A stretch of DNA of 64,000 nucleotides from an uncultured Pseudomonadota bacterium (lineage in GTDB: Bacteria; Pseudomonadota; Alphaproteobacteria; Rs-D84), in NCBI GenBank assembly GCA_902784345.1, contig CACZUD010000002.1, positions 4,912 through 68,911 on the forward strand, given 5' to 3'. A program made the translations under genes and the position numbers. Each line of letters begins with the position of its first letter. Positions within the stretch are counted from its first letter, which is position 1. Shown in pieces: positions 8,051-18,164 of this stretch. The notes below the pieces were generated by a model. That model saw only the letters and a list, made by a program, of their open reading frames with translations. It was not told the origin of the DNA and did not search any database.

Positions 8051-8353
8051 TTATTTTGAACGCCAGAAAACCAAAGAAGAAATAAATTCACTGCGCGCTT
8101 CTTTATATTTTCTTAAGGCAAATATATAACGCGCATTTTCACCGAACATAGGGCAATTTGGATTATCACAAAAATCATCGGCTTGAAAATGTTTGCATTC
8201 AACAGGTGTTGTTTTACCAGCAAACTCAAGATTCTTTCTACAAACATTTGCACCCGACATCGAATCTGATATAGAAATATCTGATTTAGCTTCTAACATA
8301 TCTTTTCTTGCCGCGTAATATTCTTGAAAATTTTTTATTATATTGTTTCCCAT
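8051..8353 (-). CDS. Hypothetical small Cys-containing protein
   Basis: 100-aa ORF between lepA and the integrase-like gene on the same strand. Four Cys (C-x14-C-x8-C-x4-C). No recognisable family. Confidence 0.4.
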   Translation of the reverse strand: MGNNIIKNFQEYYAARKDMLEAKSDISISDSMSGANVCRKNLEFAGKTTPVECKHFQADDFCDNPNCPMFGENARYIFALRKYKEARSEFISSLVFWRSK

Positions 8354-8366
8354 TTTTTTCTCTTAT

Positions 8367-10160
8367 TTATTCACCAACCTTCAAAGCATTAATAAATGCA
8401 GATTGTGGAATTTCTACATTACCAAAAGTGCGCAAACGCTTTTTACCTTCTTTCTGTTTTTCCAACAATTTTCTTTTACGTGTAATATCCCCCCCATAAC
8501 ATTTCGCGGTAACATCTTTGCGATATGCAGCAATCGTTTCGCGCGCAATAATCTTTCCACCGATTGCCGCCTGTAATGGTATTTTGAATTGATGACGTGG
8601 TATTAAATCTTTTAACTTTTCAACAATTTGACGACCGCGTTTTTCTGCAACACTTCTGTGACAAAGGAAAGACAGTGGTTCTACATTTTCATCATTTACC
8701 AATATAGAAACTTTCACTAAATCGGAAACACGATAATCGTATAAAACATAATCGAACGACGCATAACCCGAAGACAAAGATTTAACCCTGTCATAAAAAT
8801 CGAAAACTATTTCCGACAAAGGCAACTGATATACCAACACCGCACGATTACCAACATAAGAAATATTTTCTTGGACACCACGACGCGATGCACACAATTC
8901 CATAATCGCACCCAAATATTTATCGGGCATCATAATGGTCGCACGCACCCATGGTTCTTCTATCGATTCGATTCGTGTTATCTCTGGCATATCGGCTGGG
9001 TTTTCTAAATCCATCATTGAACCATCGCGCAAATGAATTTTATAAAGCACGCTTGGCACAGTATTAATAAGTGATAAATTAAATTCACGATTTAATCTTT
9101 CGCTTATAATTTCCATATGAAGCAATCCCAGAAATCCACAACGCAAACCAAAACCAAGTGCAGAAGATTTTTCCGTAGTGAACACAAACGAAGCATCATT
9201 TAATGCCAACTTTTCTGCGCCTTCACGCAGGTCCGGATAATCATTCGCTTCTACTGGAAAGAAACTTGAAAACACCACAGGAACAGACGGTTTAAATCCA
9301 GGCAACATTTCGACCTGACTTTTTGCATCACAAATTGTGTCCCCTACTTTGCAATCATGAATTGTTTTCATACCTGTGATAATAAAACCTATTTCACCAG
9401 TGGAAAGATAATCTACATTTTCCATTTTTGGTGTGAAATAACCAACTTTTTCAACAACATATTCTGCGCCTGTTGCAATAAATTTTATTTTCTGACCGCG
9501 TGAAAGAGTTCCATCAACAACACGAACCAACACAACAACACCAAGATACGAATCGTACCATGAATCGACCAACAAGGCACGTGTCGGTGCATTTTCGTCC
9601 CCCGATGGTGCAGGTAATTTATTTACAATTTCTTCCAACAATTCTGGAACACCTGCACCAGTTTTTCCCGATACACACAATGCATCTGATGCGTCCATAC
9701 CAATAACATCTGCAATTTGTTCACGTGTCGCAGCAACATCACTGGACGGCAAATCAATCTTGTTTAACACCGGCAACATTTCCAAATCATTATCCAGCGC
9801 AAGATACGCATTTGCCAAAGTTTGCGCCTGAACCCCTTGTGTTGCATCAACCAAAATTATCGCACCTTCACATGCCGCTAAACTGCGCGAAACTTCATAA
9901 GAAAAGTCAACATGGCCCGGTGTATCCATTAAATTTAATTGGTACGTTTCACCATTTTTGGCCGTATAATTCAAACGAACAGTTTGCGCCTTGATAGTAA
10001 TTCCGCGTTCGCGTTCTATGTCCATAGAATCCAAAACTTGCGCTTTCATTTCGCGCGATTCAAGTCCACCAGTATATTCAATCAACCTGTCAGAGAGTGT
10101 CGATTTACCATGATCGATATGTGCAACAATCGAAAAGTTTCTTATATTACTCTGTTTCAT
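8367..10160 (-). CDS. lepA: Translation elongation factor 4 (LepA)
   Basis: [35 protein letters not shown], and the C-terminal LepA-specific region ...[23 protein letters not shown]. Confidence 0.97.
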   Translation of the reverse strand: MKQSNIRNFSIVAHIDHGKSTLSDRLIEYTGGLESREMKAQVLDSMDIERERGITIKAQTVRLNYTAKNGETYQLNLMDTPGHVDFSYEVSRSLAACEGAIILVDATQGVQAQTLANAYLALDNDLEMLPVLNKIDLPSSDVAATREQIADVIGMDASDALCVSGKTGAGVPELLEEIVNKLPAPSGDENAPTRALLVDSWYDSYLGVVVLVRVVDGTLSRGQKIKFIATGAEYVVEKVGYFTPKMENVDYLSTGEIGFIITGMKTIHDCKVGDTICDAKSQVEMLPGFKPSVPVVFSSFFPVEANDYPDLREGAEKLALNDASFVFTTEKSSALGFGLRCGFLGLLHMEIISERLNREFNLSLINTVPSVLYKIHLRDGSMMDLENPADMPEITRIESIEEPWVRATIMMPDKYLGAIMELCASRRGVQENISYVGNRAVLVYQLPLSEIVFDFYDRVKSLSSGYASFDYVLYDYRVSDLVKVSILVNDENVEPLSFLCHRSVAEKRGRQIVEKLKDLIPRHQFKIPLQAAIGGKIIARETIAAYRKDVTAKCYGGDITRKRKLLEKQKEGKKRLRTFGNVEIPQSAFINALKVGE

Positions 10161-10177
10161 CCTTTCCCCACATAAAT

Positions 10178-10528
10178 TTATACTTCAAGATTATTCAACA
10201 ACTCTTCGATTCTGTTTGCACGTTCTAATGTGTCATCATAAACGAATCGAATTTCAGGAACGTATTTTTGATCTATTTTTTGCGCCAATTCGAACCGCAC
10301 CATCTTGGTTATTTCATCTAATCTTTTTTGTGTTTCTTCTACACTGTCATGTGCATAAAAGAATATTTTCACAAATTGCATTCCACCATGAGATTCAGCC
10401 CCAACCAAAGATACCCCGTTTATCAATTTATCGTCTGAAAAATTGCGCTGCAAAATTTCTGCAACAAGAGTTTGAACCTTGCTGGCTATTTTTTCACTTC
10501 TGTTAGAGTTCGTTTGTTTTTTCATCAT
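10178..10528 (-). CDS. rbfA: Ribosome-binding factor A
   Basis: RbfA-like N-terminus ([18 protein letters not shown]) and size. Start set at ATGATG preceded by AAGGA. Confidence 0.8.
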   Translation of the reverse strand: MMKKQTNSNRSEKIASKVQTLVAEILQRNFSDDKLINGVSLVGAESHGGMQFVKIFFYAHDSVEETQKRLDEITKMVRFELAQKIDQKYVPEIRFVYDDTLERANRIEELLNNLEV

Positions 10529-10620
10529 AATTATATTTTTCCTTTGCGGCAATGATACACCGGTATATAAAAATTACAAGTAAATTATTAAAGATATTGA
10601 AGACAGAATTTAAATTGTCT

Positions 10621-11205
10621 ATGATAACCATCATGAAAATCATAAATAAAATTTTAGATAAATCGTCAAAGCCATGGTATTCATGGATTGTCTTTTTGAT
10701 GACGGTATGCGAATCGATATTTCTTTTTATTCCGCCCGAAGTGTTTATGACACCTGCAATAGTATCAGACAAAAAACGCGCCCGTCCAATAGTATTTGCA
10801 GCGGCAATCGGTTCCATCGTTGGTGGCATTATTACATATTTGATTGGGTTATGGCTGTTCGACACCGTCGGAATGTGGTTGATTGAAAATTTCGCCAGTG
10901 TAGAAAAATTCGAATTAACAAAATCTTTATTCGCTAAATATGGTGTTTTAATTATTGTTGCGACAGCAATAACACCCATACCTTATAAATTATTAGCATT
11001 ATGTGCAGGTTTTATGGAATACCATTTGCTGATATTCATTGGTGTATCTGCAATATTCAGAACGGGTCGTTTTGCAATAATCGGATTTCTGCTGTGGCGG
11101 TTTCAAGAAAAAGCGAATCAAATCGTTAAAAAATATTCATGGCAATTAACAATTGGCGCAATTGTTTTTGCCCTGCTTGGATTACTGATAATAACATTGG
11201 TTTAA
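10621..11205 (+). CDS. YqaA/DedA-like (SNARE-associated) inner-membrane protein
   Basis: Polytopic membrane protein with ESIFLFIPPEVFMTP and GSIVGGIITYLIG blocks typical of the YqaA family. Start choice (M24 of the ORF) is uncertain. Confidence 0.6.
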   Translation: MITIMKIINKILDKSSKPWYSWIVFLMTVCESIFLFIPPEVFMTPAIVSDKKRARPIVFAAAIGSIVGGIITYLIGLWLFDTVGMWLIENFASVEKFELTKSLFAKYGVLIIVATAITPIPYKLLALCAGFMEYHLLIFIGVSAIFRTGRFAIIGFLLWRFQEKANQIVKKYSWQLTIGAIVFALLGLLIITLV

Positions 11206-11240
11206 AAAAAATACGGATTTAAAAATCCGTATTTTTTTTT
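11206..11240. terminator. Bidirectional terminator between convergent genes
   Basis: ATACGGATT-taaaa-AATCCGTAT, flanked by an A-run and a T-run. Confidence 0.65.
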
Positions 11241-12118
11241 TAGAAATAATATCTCACCCCGACGGACAAAGAATTATTCATAACAAGGCCGGTATCTACT
11301 TTCACACCACCGATATTCAAATTTCCGCCATTGAATGCTGCAAAACGATAACGAACATCAAAATCAACCTTTTCGTCCAAAGCATATGTCCAACCAAACA
11401 TAATTGCACCCATTGGCGACAAATTTGTTGCAGAAACATTATGAGTAGTGCTGTTATCCGCAGACAAATTCACAATGGCTAAACCACCACCAAGTCCTGC
11501 ATAAAAACCGTATGCTATATCACAATAAGCATTAATATCAGCATAATATGCCTGCAAATTAAATTCAGTTTTTTCTGGCGAAAAATATTGTTCTGTTTCT
11601 GTTTCGGAATATTTACCAATATACCCAAACTCTCCGTCAACACGCCAATTCTTATTAAACTTGTAACCAACAACTACATCTGCACCAAGTACAGGTTTAA
11701 AACTAAATCTATCAGTACCAGATTCTGTTCCACTAGAATATTCATTCTTCCATGACAAGAACGACAAATCACCGTTTAACCCCATATAAAATCTATCATT
11801 CCGAATATCTTTAGAAACTTCTTGTACTTTGTCTGCATCAGAATTTGCAGTCACAACCGACTGTTCTTCATTTGAAGCTTCTTCTGGTTTTTCAGTACCG
11901 GCTTCTTTAGATGGGTCCACATTGTATTTATTTATAACAATACTTACTGGTGTATCTTTTTGACGATACACAACAATAGGTCCTTTTTCTGTTTTATATT
12001 CACGTACAATTTTTTTTGATGCCGGAACACTTTCATCAAAAGTTGACACACCTTCTTCTGCAAAAGCAGAAATTGGCAAAACGCATAATGCGACAAAACC
12101 TGATAAATATTTATTCAT
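11240..12118 (-). CDS. Outer-membrane protein: acidic N-terminal region plus small C-terminal beta-barrel
   Basis: Signal peptide ...ISAFA, an E/K-rich linker, then alternating beta-strand pattern ending ...LSVGVRYYF. Confidence 0.65.
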   Translation of the reverse strand: MNKYLSGFVALCVLPISAFAEEGVSTFDESVPASKKIVREYKTEKGPIVVYRQKDTPVSIVINKYNVDPSKEAGTEKPEEASNEEQSVVTANSDADKVQEVSKDIRNDRFYMGLNGDLSFLSWKNEYSSGTESGTDRFSFKPVLGADVVVGYKFNKNWRVDGEFGYIGKYSETETEQYFSPEKTEFNLQAYYADINAYCDIAYGFYAGLGGGLAIVNLSADNSTTHNVSATNLSPMGAIMFGWTYALDEKVDFDVRYRFAAFNGGNLNIGGVKVDTGLVMNNSLSVGVRYYF

Positions 12119-12240
12119 AAAAAATCCTTACCTTTTATATAAGACATTATTCTATCATACAAATGATTTTTTTCAAAGAGATTTTTTATTTCACAATAAA
12201 TACCTTGCCCGTCTATCTTTTTTTTACTATGATACTCGTC

Positions 12241-13026
12241 ATGATGGAAAGCAAAACAACAATATCTTTTGCCAATGTAGCAGCAAATTATGATAATGGC
12301 AGCGATGTATTATCAGACGTATCCTTCAATATAAGTGGCGGTGCATTCTATTTTCTAACTGGTGCCAGCGGCGCAGGAAAAACAACTTTATTGCGTTTAA
12401 TATATCAATTGCACAAGCCTTCCACTGGCGCAATTAAATTGTTTGGACAAGATTGTGCGACTTTATCGCGTGACGAAATTTCAAAATTACGTCAAAAAAT
12501 GGCCATCGTTTTCCAAGAATATTCTTTGATTTCACACATGACAGTTTTCGACAATGTTGCATTGCCATTACGCGTTCGCAATGTTAACAGTGAAAAAATC
12601 AAAAAATTGGTTACAAAAACACTTGAATGGGTCGGTCTTGGCAAATTCGCTGATGCTTATCCAATGGAACTAAGTGGTGGTCAACAACAACGCGTATCTG
12701 TGGCACGGGCTATCATTATACAACCGTCAATATTATTGGCAGACGAACCAACCGGGAATCTGGACGAAGAAAATGCATCACGCCTTATGGAATTGTTTAT
12801 ACAAATGAATAAAATGTTTGGAACCACTGTCATATTGGCAACACACAATAAAAAACTGTTGGAAACATATAAATTCCCTGTAATCACTGTTGATAATCAT
12901 CATGTATCTTTTTCTGGTGTAGCAACCGAAAAAGATACAAACGCTGCACGAAAATGGAAAGGTCCACAACCACAAAACTATTTCACAGAAATATCCAAAC
13001 AATTTGAAGGTATCGGGAAAGCATAA
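12241..13026 (+). CDS. ftsE: Cell-division ABC ATPase FtsE
   Basis: Walker A GASGAGKTT, signature LSGGQQQRV, Walker B ILLADEPTGNLD. It is followed by an overlapping ftsX. Confidence 0.85.
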   Translation: MMESKTTISFANVAANYDNGSDVLSDVSFNISGGAFYFLTGASGAGKTTLLRLIYQLHKPSTGAIKLFGQDCATLSRDEISKLRQKMAIVFQEYSLISHMTVFDNVALPLRVRNVNSEKIKKLVTKTLEWVGLGKFADAYPMELSGGQQQRVSVARAIIIQPSILLADEPTGNLDEENASRLMELFIQMNKMFGTTVILATHNKKLLETYKFPVITVDNHHVSFSGVATEKDTNAARKWKGPQPQNYFTEISKQFEGIGKA

Positions 13027-13865
13027 TGAAAAAAACACAACTTGTATTTTCATTGGTTCGTGAACAGTCAATGTTTATGACTGTTGTTATATCTGTTTTA
13101 ACTTTTTTGGCGGTATTGGCTTTCGGCATCGCGCTTGCTGTTAGCAGCAGTGTCATCCGCTGGAATAATCAATGGGACAAATATGCAACTGTTCAAATTA
13201 TAAATCCTGATAACACAAATCATGTAAAAAAAATATTTGAAGAAAACGCGAATAAATTCAGCAGTATCCAAGAAATTTCTAAAAACGAAATGGAACACAT
13301 GTTGCAACCTTGGATTTCTGGTGGTGCACGTATAAATAAATACTTACCAACAATGTACGAAGTAAAATTAAAAAATTCTGCAGACATGAACATAATTCGC
13401 GACAAAATTTCGACACATGCAAAATTTTTAACCCATACTTCCGCACTAAAAACATCTATAAATGCAGGATGGAAGTTGGTATCCATAACAACTTTGATTT
13501 TGATACTGATGCTGATTTCAATTGGTGTATGCGTATCGTATATATCACGCAATATCGCAATGTTGCACAAACATGAATTGGAAATATTGAACCAGATTGG
13601 CGCAACAGATAATTTTATCACACGTCAAATGCAAATCATTGTCGCAAAAATAAGCATGGTTGCATGTTCCGTTGGTTTTGTATGTGCCTTACCAATCATA
13701 TTAATGATTTTGGCGACCGCACATTCGGCACGTATTGGATTGATGGCAACCTTGTCTTTATCAGCGACAAATTGGATTATTTTAATGTTATTACCTATAG
13801 CAATTGTTATATTTTCAGTTTATATAACAAAAAAAACAACTCTTAAAATCCTGTCAGAAAATTGA
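13026..13865 (+). CDS. ftsX: Cell-division permease-like protein FtsX
   Basis: 4-TM FtsX topology with a periplasmic domain between TM1 and TM2. Start overlaps the ftsE stop. Confidence 0.75.
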   Translation: MKKTQLVFSLVREQSMFMTVVISVLTFLAVLAFGIALAVSSSVIRWNNQWDKYATVQIINPDNTNHVKKIFEENANKFSSIQEISKNEMEHMLQPWISGGARINKYLPTMYEVKLKNSADMNIIRDKISTHAKFLTHTSALKTSINAGWKLVSITTLILILMLISIGVCVSYISRNIAMLHKHELEILNQIGATDNFITRQMQIIVAKISMVACSVGFVCALPIILMILATAHSARIGLMATLSLSATNWIILMLLPIAIVIFSVYITKKTTLKILSEN

Positions 13866-14374
13866 TGAAATATATTCCTGTATCTTTGGTATTGATATTT
13901 TGTTTTGTGTTTGGCGGCATCATGTTTAAATCTATGACGCCACTGCGCTGCCAAGCATTACAACAAGACGACAGTATATTTGTATTAACAGGAGATGCCA
14001 GACGTATTCCTTATGCATTAAAAAAACTGGACTCTCTGCGATATGGAAATCTTTATATTATTGGTGCTGGCGCAGTAACAGTCATACCAAATCATACACA
14101 CATAAATGTTGAATCAGCATCTAAATCAACATATCAAAACACATTAGCGATAAAAAAAATAGTATCCGAAAAAAATTTGGATCGTATTGTTGTCGTTACA
14201 ACCGAAGATCATATGAATCGCACATTATATTTATTAAGGACAACACTGCCAGATACAGATATAATCGCATGTCCTGCTTCATTAACTGGTATGCCTGCGT
14301 CTTCACGCGTTCAAAGATGGACCATTGAATACGTAAAATACATTGTTACCCTGCTTGGTATAAAGGAAAGTTAA
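13865..14374 (+). CDS. DUF218 (YdcF/ElyC/SanA-like) protein
   Basis: Blocks FVLTGDARRI, LYIIGAG and RIVVVTTEDHMNRTLYL resemble the DUF218 fold. ATG overlaps the ftsX stop (TGATG). Confidence 0.55.
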   Translation: MKYIPVSLVLIFCFVFGGIMFKSMTPLRCQALQQDDSIFVLTGDARRIPYALKKLDSLRYGNLYIIGAGAVTVIPNHTHINVESASKSTYQNTLAIKKIVSEKNLDRIVVVTTEDHMNRTLYLLRTTLPDTDIIACPASLTGMPASSRVQRWTIEYVKYIVTLLGIKES

Positions 14375-14376
14375 AA

Positions 14377-15084
14377 ATGTTACGCACAATAATCTTTAAA
14401 TTTGTTCTTTTTATTTGGTTTATACTTTGGGCACCGTTGTTATTGGTGGGTTTAATATCTTCAAAAATAGAACGTAAATTTGTGTTTATGGATGCAAGTG
14501 GGGTACTGTTTCTTGCCAGAATTATCACAGGCATAAAATATGAAATCCATTATCCTTCGACAAACGAAGACGGAATCCCTTTTAAGCACAATATAAATCA
14601 AAGATTGGATGGTCGTTCTATTATTGCATCAAAACATATGTCTATATTGGAAGTGGCAATATTGGTAAAAGTTGTTCCTGATTATTTTTTCATAATGAAA
14701 CGCGAATTATTATGGATTCCGATTTACGGTTGGGCATTTGCAAGAATTGGTCTAATCGGGGTTAACCGCAAACGTGGCGCAACAAACATGAATTTATTGG
14801 CTGAAAAAGTGACAAAAAACATTATGAAAGGCATGACACTTATCATATTTCCCGAAGGTACACGTGTTGCCCCTGGCAGCAAACAAAAGCTGAAACGCGG
14901 TTTAATGTTTCTGGCAACACAATTAAAATTGCCTATAACACCAGTCGGCGCTGATACCGGATTATATTGGCCAAAACATGGAAAAATGACACCAGGCACA
15001 ACACATATATATTTCGAAAACGAATTGCCTTCATCGGCGACATTGGAAGAAATAAGTGAAGCAATAAACCGCCACAGTGCTTAA
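14377..15084 (+). CDS. plsC: 1-acyl-sn-glycerol-3-phosphate acyltransferase
   Basis: Acyltransferase blocks SKHMSILE (H-x4-D/E) and IFPEGTR, with an N-terminal TM helix. Confidence 0.8.
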   Translation: MLRTIIFKFVLFIWFILWAPLLLVGLISSKIERKFVFMDASGVLFLARIITGIKYEIHYPSTNEDGIPFKHNINQRLDGRSIIASKHMSILEVAILVKVVPDYFFIMKRELLWIPIYGWAFARIGLIGVNRKRGATNMNLLAEKVTKNIMKGMTLIIFPEGTRVAPGSKQKLKRGLMFLATQLKLPITPVGADTGLYWPKHGKMTPGTTHIYFENELPSSATLEEISEAINRHSA

Positions 15085-15085
15085 A

Positions 15086-15502
15086 TTATTCACACCACGA
15101 TTTTCTTTTACCGCCGTTATAAGCACGGCCAACTTTTTCTTTGATTAAAACCTGACCTATGTCACGATTTGCAGAATCATAAACATTAGCATCTATACGT
15201 CCGGCATATTTATCGTTTTTCACATTTTTTATTTCAACAGTTGACCCAACAGGTATTAATTCACCCAATCTTTGCTTTGCGTATTCTGCCCGTCTTGTTT
15301 CTGATTCACATGCCCCATGCAATTCAGGTGTATCAACATTACGCAAACGCACTTTTACAGACATAACCTCTGCTTTATCTGCCAATAAAATGTCCCCTAC
15401 AAAAGTATCCCCGTCAATTATATAAGTAACACGAACAGGGGTTGCCAAACAAATTTGACAACCAAAACAAAAAACAATAAACGGAACAAACTTTTTCATC
15501 AT
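15086..15502 (-). CDS. Secreted staphylococcal-nuclease (SNase/thermonuclease)-like protein
   Basis: Signal peptide, then DGDTFVG, VRLRNVDTPE and YAGRIDANVY, which are SNase-fold motifs. ATG overlaps the tolB stop (ATGATGA). Confidence 0.7.
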   Translation of the reverse strand: MMKKFVPFIVFCFGCQICLATPVRVTYIIDGDTFVGDILLADKAEVMSVKVRLRNVDTPELHGACESETRRAEYAKQRLGELIPVGSTVEIKNVKNDKYAGRIDANVYDSANRDIGQVLIKEKVGRAYNGGKRKSWCE

Positions 15503-16821
15503 GGCAATTTTGGTGACCAGGTTGGTTCAACCCCGTTTATTCCATCTTTTAATTCGATGTCATAAAGGTTTTGCCCTGTTATATCTACACTGCGAATATG
15601 GCTGATACGTTCTTCACCGTCTGCGGCTTGTTCTGTTTCATAGTAAACCAAACGACGCGAACCCGGCGCCCAAGAAGGTGCTTCCATATACCAACCGCCT
15701 GCCAATATTTTTTCGTGCCGACCTTCGGTATTCATTACACCAATATAGAAGGTATTATCGGCAATTTTTGTAAAGGCAATATAATTGCCATCTGGTGACC
15801 AAGCAGGTGTCGCATAACGCCCTGCTCCAAAAGTTATACGTTTATTTTTCCCGGTCTTTAAATCCAAGACATGAATTTGTTGCGAACCAGTACTGTCCGA
15901 ATTGAACGCCATATAACGACCGTCAGGCGAATAAGAAGGACTGGTGTCAATATGATTTCCAAAAGTTAACTGTTTCAAAGATTTTTCGGCTATGTTATAT
16001 TCATATATATTAGTATAACCATTTTTAACCAACGACAAAGCGACCCTATTTCCGTCAGGCGAAAAACGCGGAGCAAAACTCATACCACCAAAACTGCCCA
16101 ACTTTGTTTGATCGCCTGTTTCCAAATCCAACATCCAAACCGTAGGATCATCATTACGATAAGACAAAAATACTACCGTTGACATATTTGGCGAAAAGTG
16201 TGGCGACATAACGAAAGTCTTTTTATCAGACAAATAACGCATACCAAACCCGTCTTGGTCCATAATCGCCATACGTTTTACACGATTATCCACAGGACCA
16301 GTTTCTGCAATAAAGACAATTTGAGTATCAAAATATCCGATTTCACCAGTCAATCTTTCATAGATAGCATCTGCCATAATGTGAGCCAATCGACGAACAG
16401 ATTTTTTGGAAGCAACTAAACTTTGTGCTTCTATCTGTTCTTGACCCTTTACATCCCAAAGATAAAATTCCAATTTATAACTATCTTTGCCCTCTGGCTT
16501 TAAACTCGCCTGAACCAATGCTTGTGTTTTTATTGCGTCCCAACTTTTAAAATTAGGCATCTCGTTCATTTTTACAAATTCAGGAAAAGCATCATGATTA
16601 ACAATCCTAAACAAACCTGTTCGTTTTAAATCGGCTTCGACAACCTGACGCAGCATTTTCGCATCAGAATTTGACACATTACCACTTGTTTCAAATTTCT
16701 GAACAGCGATTGATGTTGGTTCAACCCCACCAGCAACAATATCAACATGCAATTCGCCGCGCGCATTTGACACAAACAAAACCGATACAACGGCCATCAA
16801 AACAGATAATAATTTACGCAT
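15499..16821 (-). CDS. tolB: Tol-Pal system beta-propeller protein TolB
   Basis: 440 aa with signal peptide, N-terminal TolB domain, and repeated propeller blades (P.FSPDG, PAWSPDGNYIAF, PSWAPGSRRL). Confidence 0.92.
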   Translation of the reverse strand: MRKLLSVLMAVVSVLFVSNARGELHVDIVAGGVEPTSIAVQKFETSGNVSNSDAKMLRQVVEADLKRTGLFRIVNHDAFPEFVKMNEMPNFKSWDAIKTQALVQASLKPEGKDSYKLEFYLWDVKGQEQIEAQSLVASKKSVRRLAHIMADAIYERLTGEIGYFDTQIVFIAETGPVDNRVKRMAIMDQDGFGMRYLSDKKTFVMSPHFSPNMSTVVFLSYRNDDPTVWMLDLETGDQTKLGSFGGMSFAPRFSPDGNRVALSLVKNGYTNIYEYNIAEKSLKQLTFGNHIDTSPSYSPDGRYMAFNSDSTGSQQIHVLDLKTGKNKRITFGAGRYATPAWSPDGNYIAFTKIADNTFYIGVMNTEGRHEKILAGGWYMEAPSWAPGSRRLVYYETEQAADGEERISHIRSVDITGQNLYDIELKDGINGVEPTWSPKLP

Positions 16822-16943
16822 AAAAAATCCTTTCCTTTAATACCAACAAGATTCTAGCACACATTAATATAAAAAATCAAAATTTTAACAACAATACACA
16901 CAACAACACAAACGCCTATATTTCCGCCATTACAACCTTATAC

Positions 16944-16988
16944 ACAAATGTATTGACAAATGTAAATACAATGTTATAGTCAATTGTA
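16944..16988 (+). promoter_or_regulatory. Candidate promoter with operator-like repeats for the RHH operon
   Basis: TTGACA (16953..16958), 16-nt spacer, TATAGT (16975..16980). Direct repeats ACAAATGTA at 16944 and 16956. Inverted repeat TACAAT (16967)...ATTGTA (16983) straddles the -10. Confidence 0.5.
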
Positions 16989-17013
16989 ATCACTGAAGTA
17001 TAGGGGTTTGTCT

Positions 17014-17244
17014 ATGCCAAATGTAATGCAACAATTATTCGTTATGAATATTGAATCTTTGTTAAAAGAATATGCGGCTTATCGCGCCTTTAACAAATCG
17101 GACTGTGTAATCAATATGCGCATTCCACATCAAATAGTCGAAAAAATTAAAGAATTGGCAGACGCACAACATGTGCCCTATCAATCATTAATATCTTCCG
17201 TTTTATTTTCACTGGCAAACATTGATGAATCCAAAAAGGACTAA
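17014..17244 (+). CDS. Ribbon-helix-helix (CopG/BrnA-type antitoxin-like) protein
   Basis: C-terminal INMRIPHQIVEKIKELADAQHVPYQSLISSVL matches the beta-strand/helix/helix pattern of CopG-family antitoxins. AGGGG RBS lies 8 nt upstream of the ATG at 17014. Confidence 0.55.
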   Translation: MPNVMQQLFVMNIESLLKEYAAYRAFNKSDCVINMRIPHQIVEKIKELADAQHVPYQSLISSVLFSLANIDESKKD

Positions 17245-17246
17245 AC

Positions 17247-18164
17247 ATGACACAAAAAAATATTCCTTCACGTGCAGAATTAATAAAACAGACATTTAAC
17301 ACACGCCGTCAACAAGAAAACAACCTGTTTCACAGCCTTAACACAAACACATATTTTTGGAAATTATCTGACCTGGCAATTTTGTACCCACAATTTTTCG
17401 ATATAAAAAAATCCGTTTCACAATACACAGCAAATAAAATAAACACCATGGTCTTTGAAGCTATTCCAGAATTTGAACAATTAACCGAACGCCCTATTCA
17501 TATTTTAACAGTCAAAGAACCTTATAATATATACAACCCAGAAACAAATCGCATCAAAACCGTTAAAAGCGGAAACAACCAGCACCTGACAAGTGTTGCA
17601 TGCGAATATTTATTCAGACAACAAAATGGTCTGGAATTGGAAACAGCATACTTTCTGGCGCCAAATAAATCTGACACAGAATTGATTGACCTGGCACAAA
17701 AATTAAAATTTGAAAAAATTCGCAACCAAATTGCCCAAACCAGCAATTTATTGTCTGCGATTATAAATCGTGCATACGGCGCGGACAAATCTTCGTTCAG
17801 CAAGATTTGGTCGCTTATCTGGGAAACTTTGTACAAGGTAAAATCTATGGACACACTGCGCGAACAGCACAACATAAAAACATCACCGATTGATTATATG
17901 AAACCACAAACCGTGATTTTCATAAACGCAATGTTGCAAGAAATCGTTCTTAATTTTGCGAACAGACCGTTTTACACAATCAACGATGTTTACAATCATG
18001 CAAAAACCAAAGCAGCATTAGCCCGCGCACAATTTATCAAATACGGTTCAACCCCCGAACAACAATTAACCGAACAAAGCACTTATTCGATTGTCGAAAA
18101 AATCAGACGCGCGCGCAAAAATTTCTGGCGCGCAAATTATCCAAAATCTTTGACAGAACGCTAA
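17247..18164 (+). CDS. DinD/Bro-N-like (phage antirepressor-like) protein
   Basis: FWKLSDLAILY and HLTSVACEYLFRQQNG parallel the W.sARdL and LSRYACYLVVQNGD blocks of DinD/Bro-N proteins. The gene starts 3 nt after the RHH gene. Weak by-eye call. Confidence 0.35.
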   Translation: MTQKNIPSRAELIKQTFNTRRQQENNLFHSLNTNTYFWKLSDLAILYPQFFDIKKSVSQYTANKINTMVFEAIPEFEQLTERPIHILTVKEPYNIYNPETNRIKTVKSGNNQHLTSVACEYLFRQQNGLELETAYFLAPNKSDTELIDLAQKLKFEKIRNQIAQTSNLLSAIINRAYGADKSSFSKIWSLIWETLYKVKSMDTLREQHNIKTSPIDYMKPQTVIFINAMLQEIVLNFANRPFYTINDVYNHAKTKAALARAQFIKYGSTPEQQLTEQSTYSIVEKIRRARKNFWRANYPKSLTER

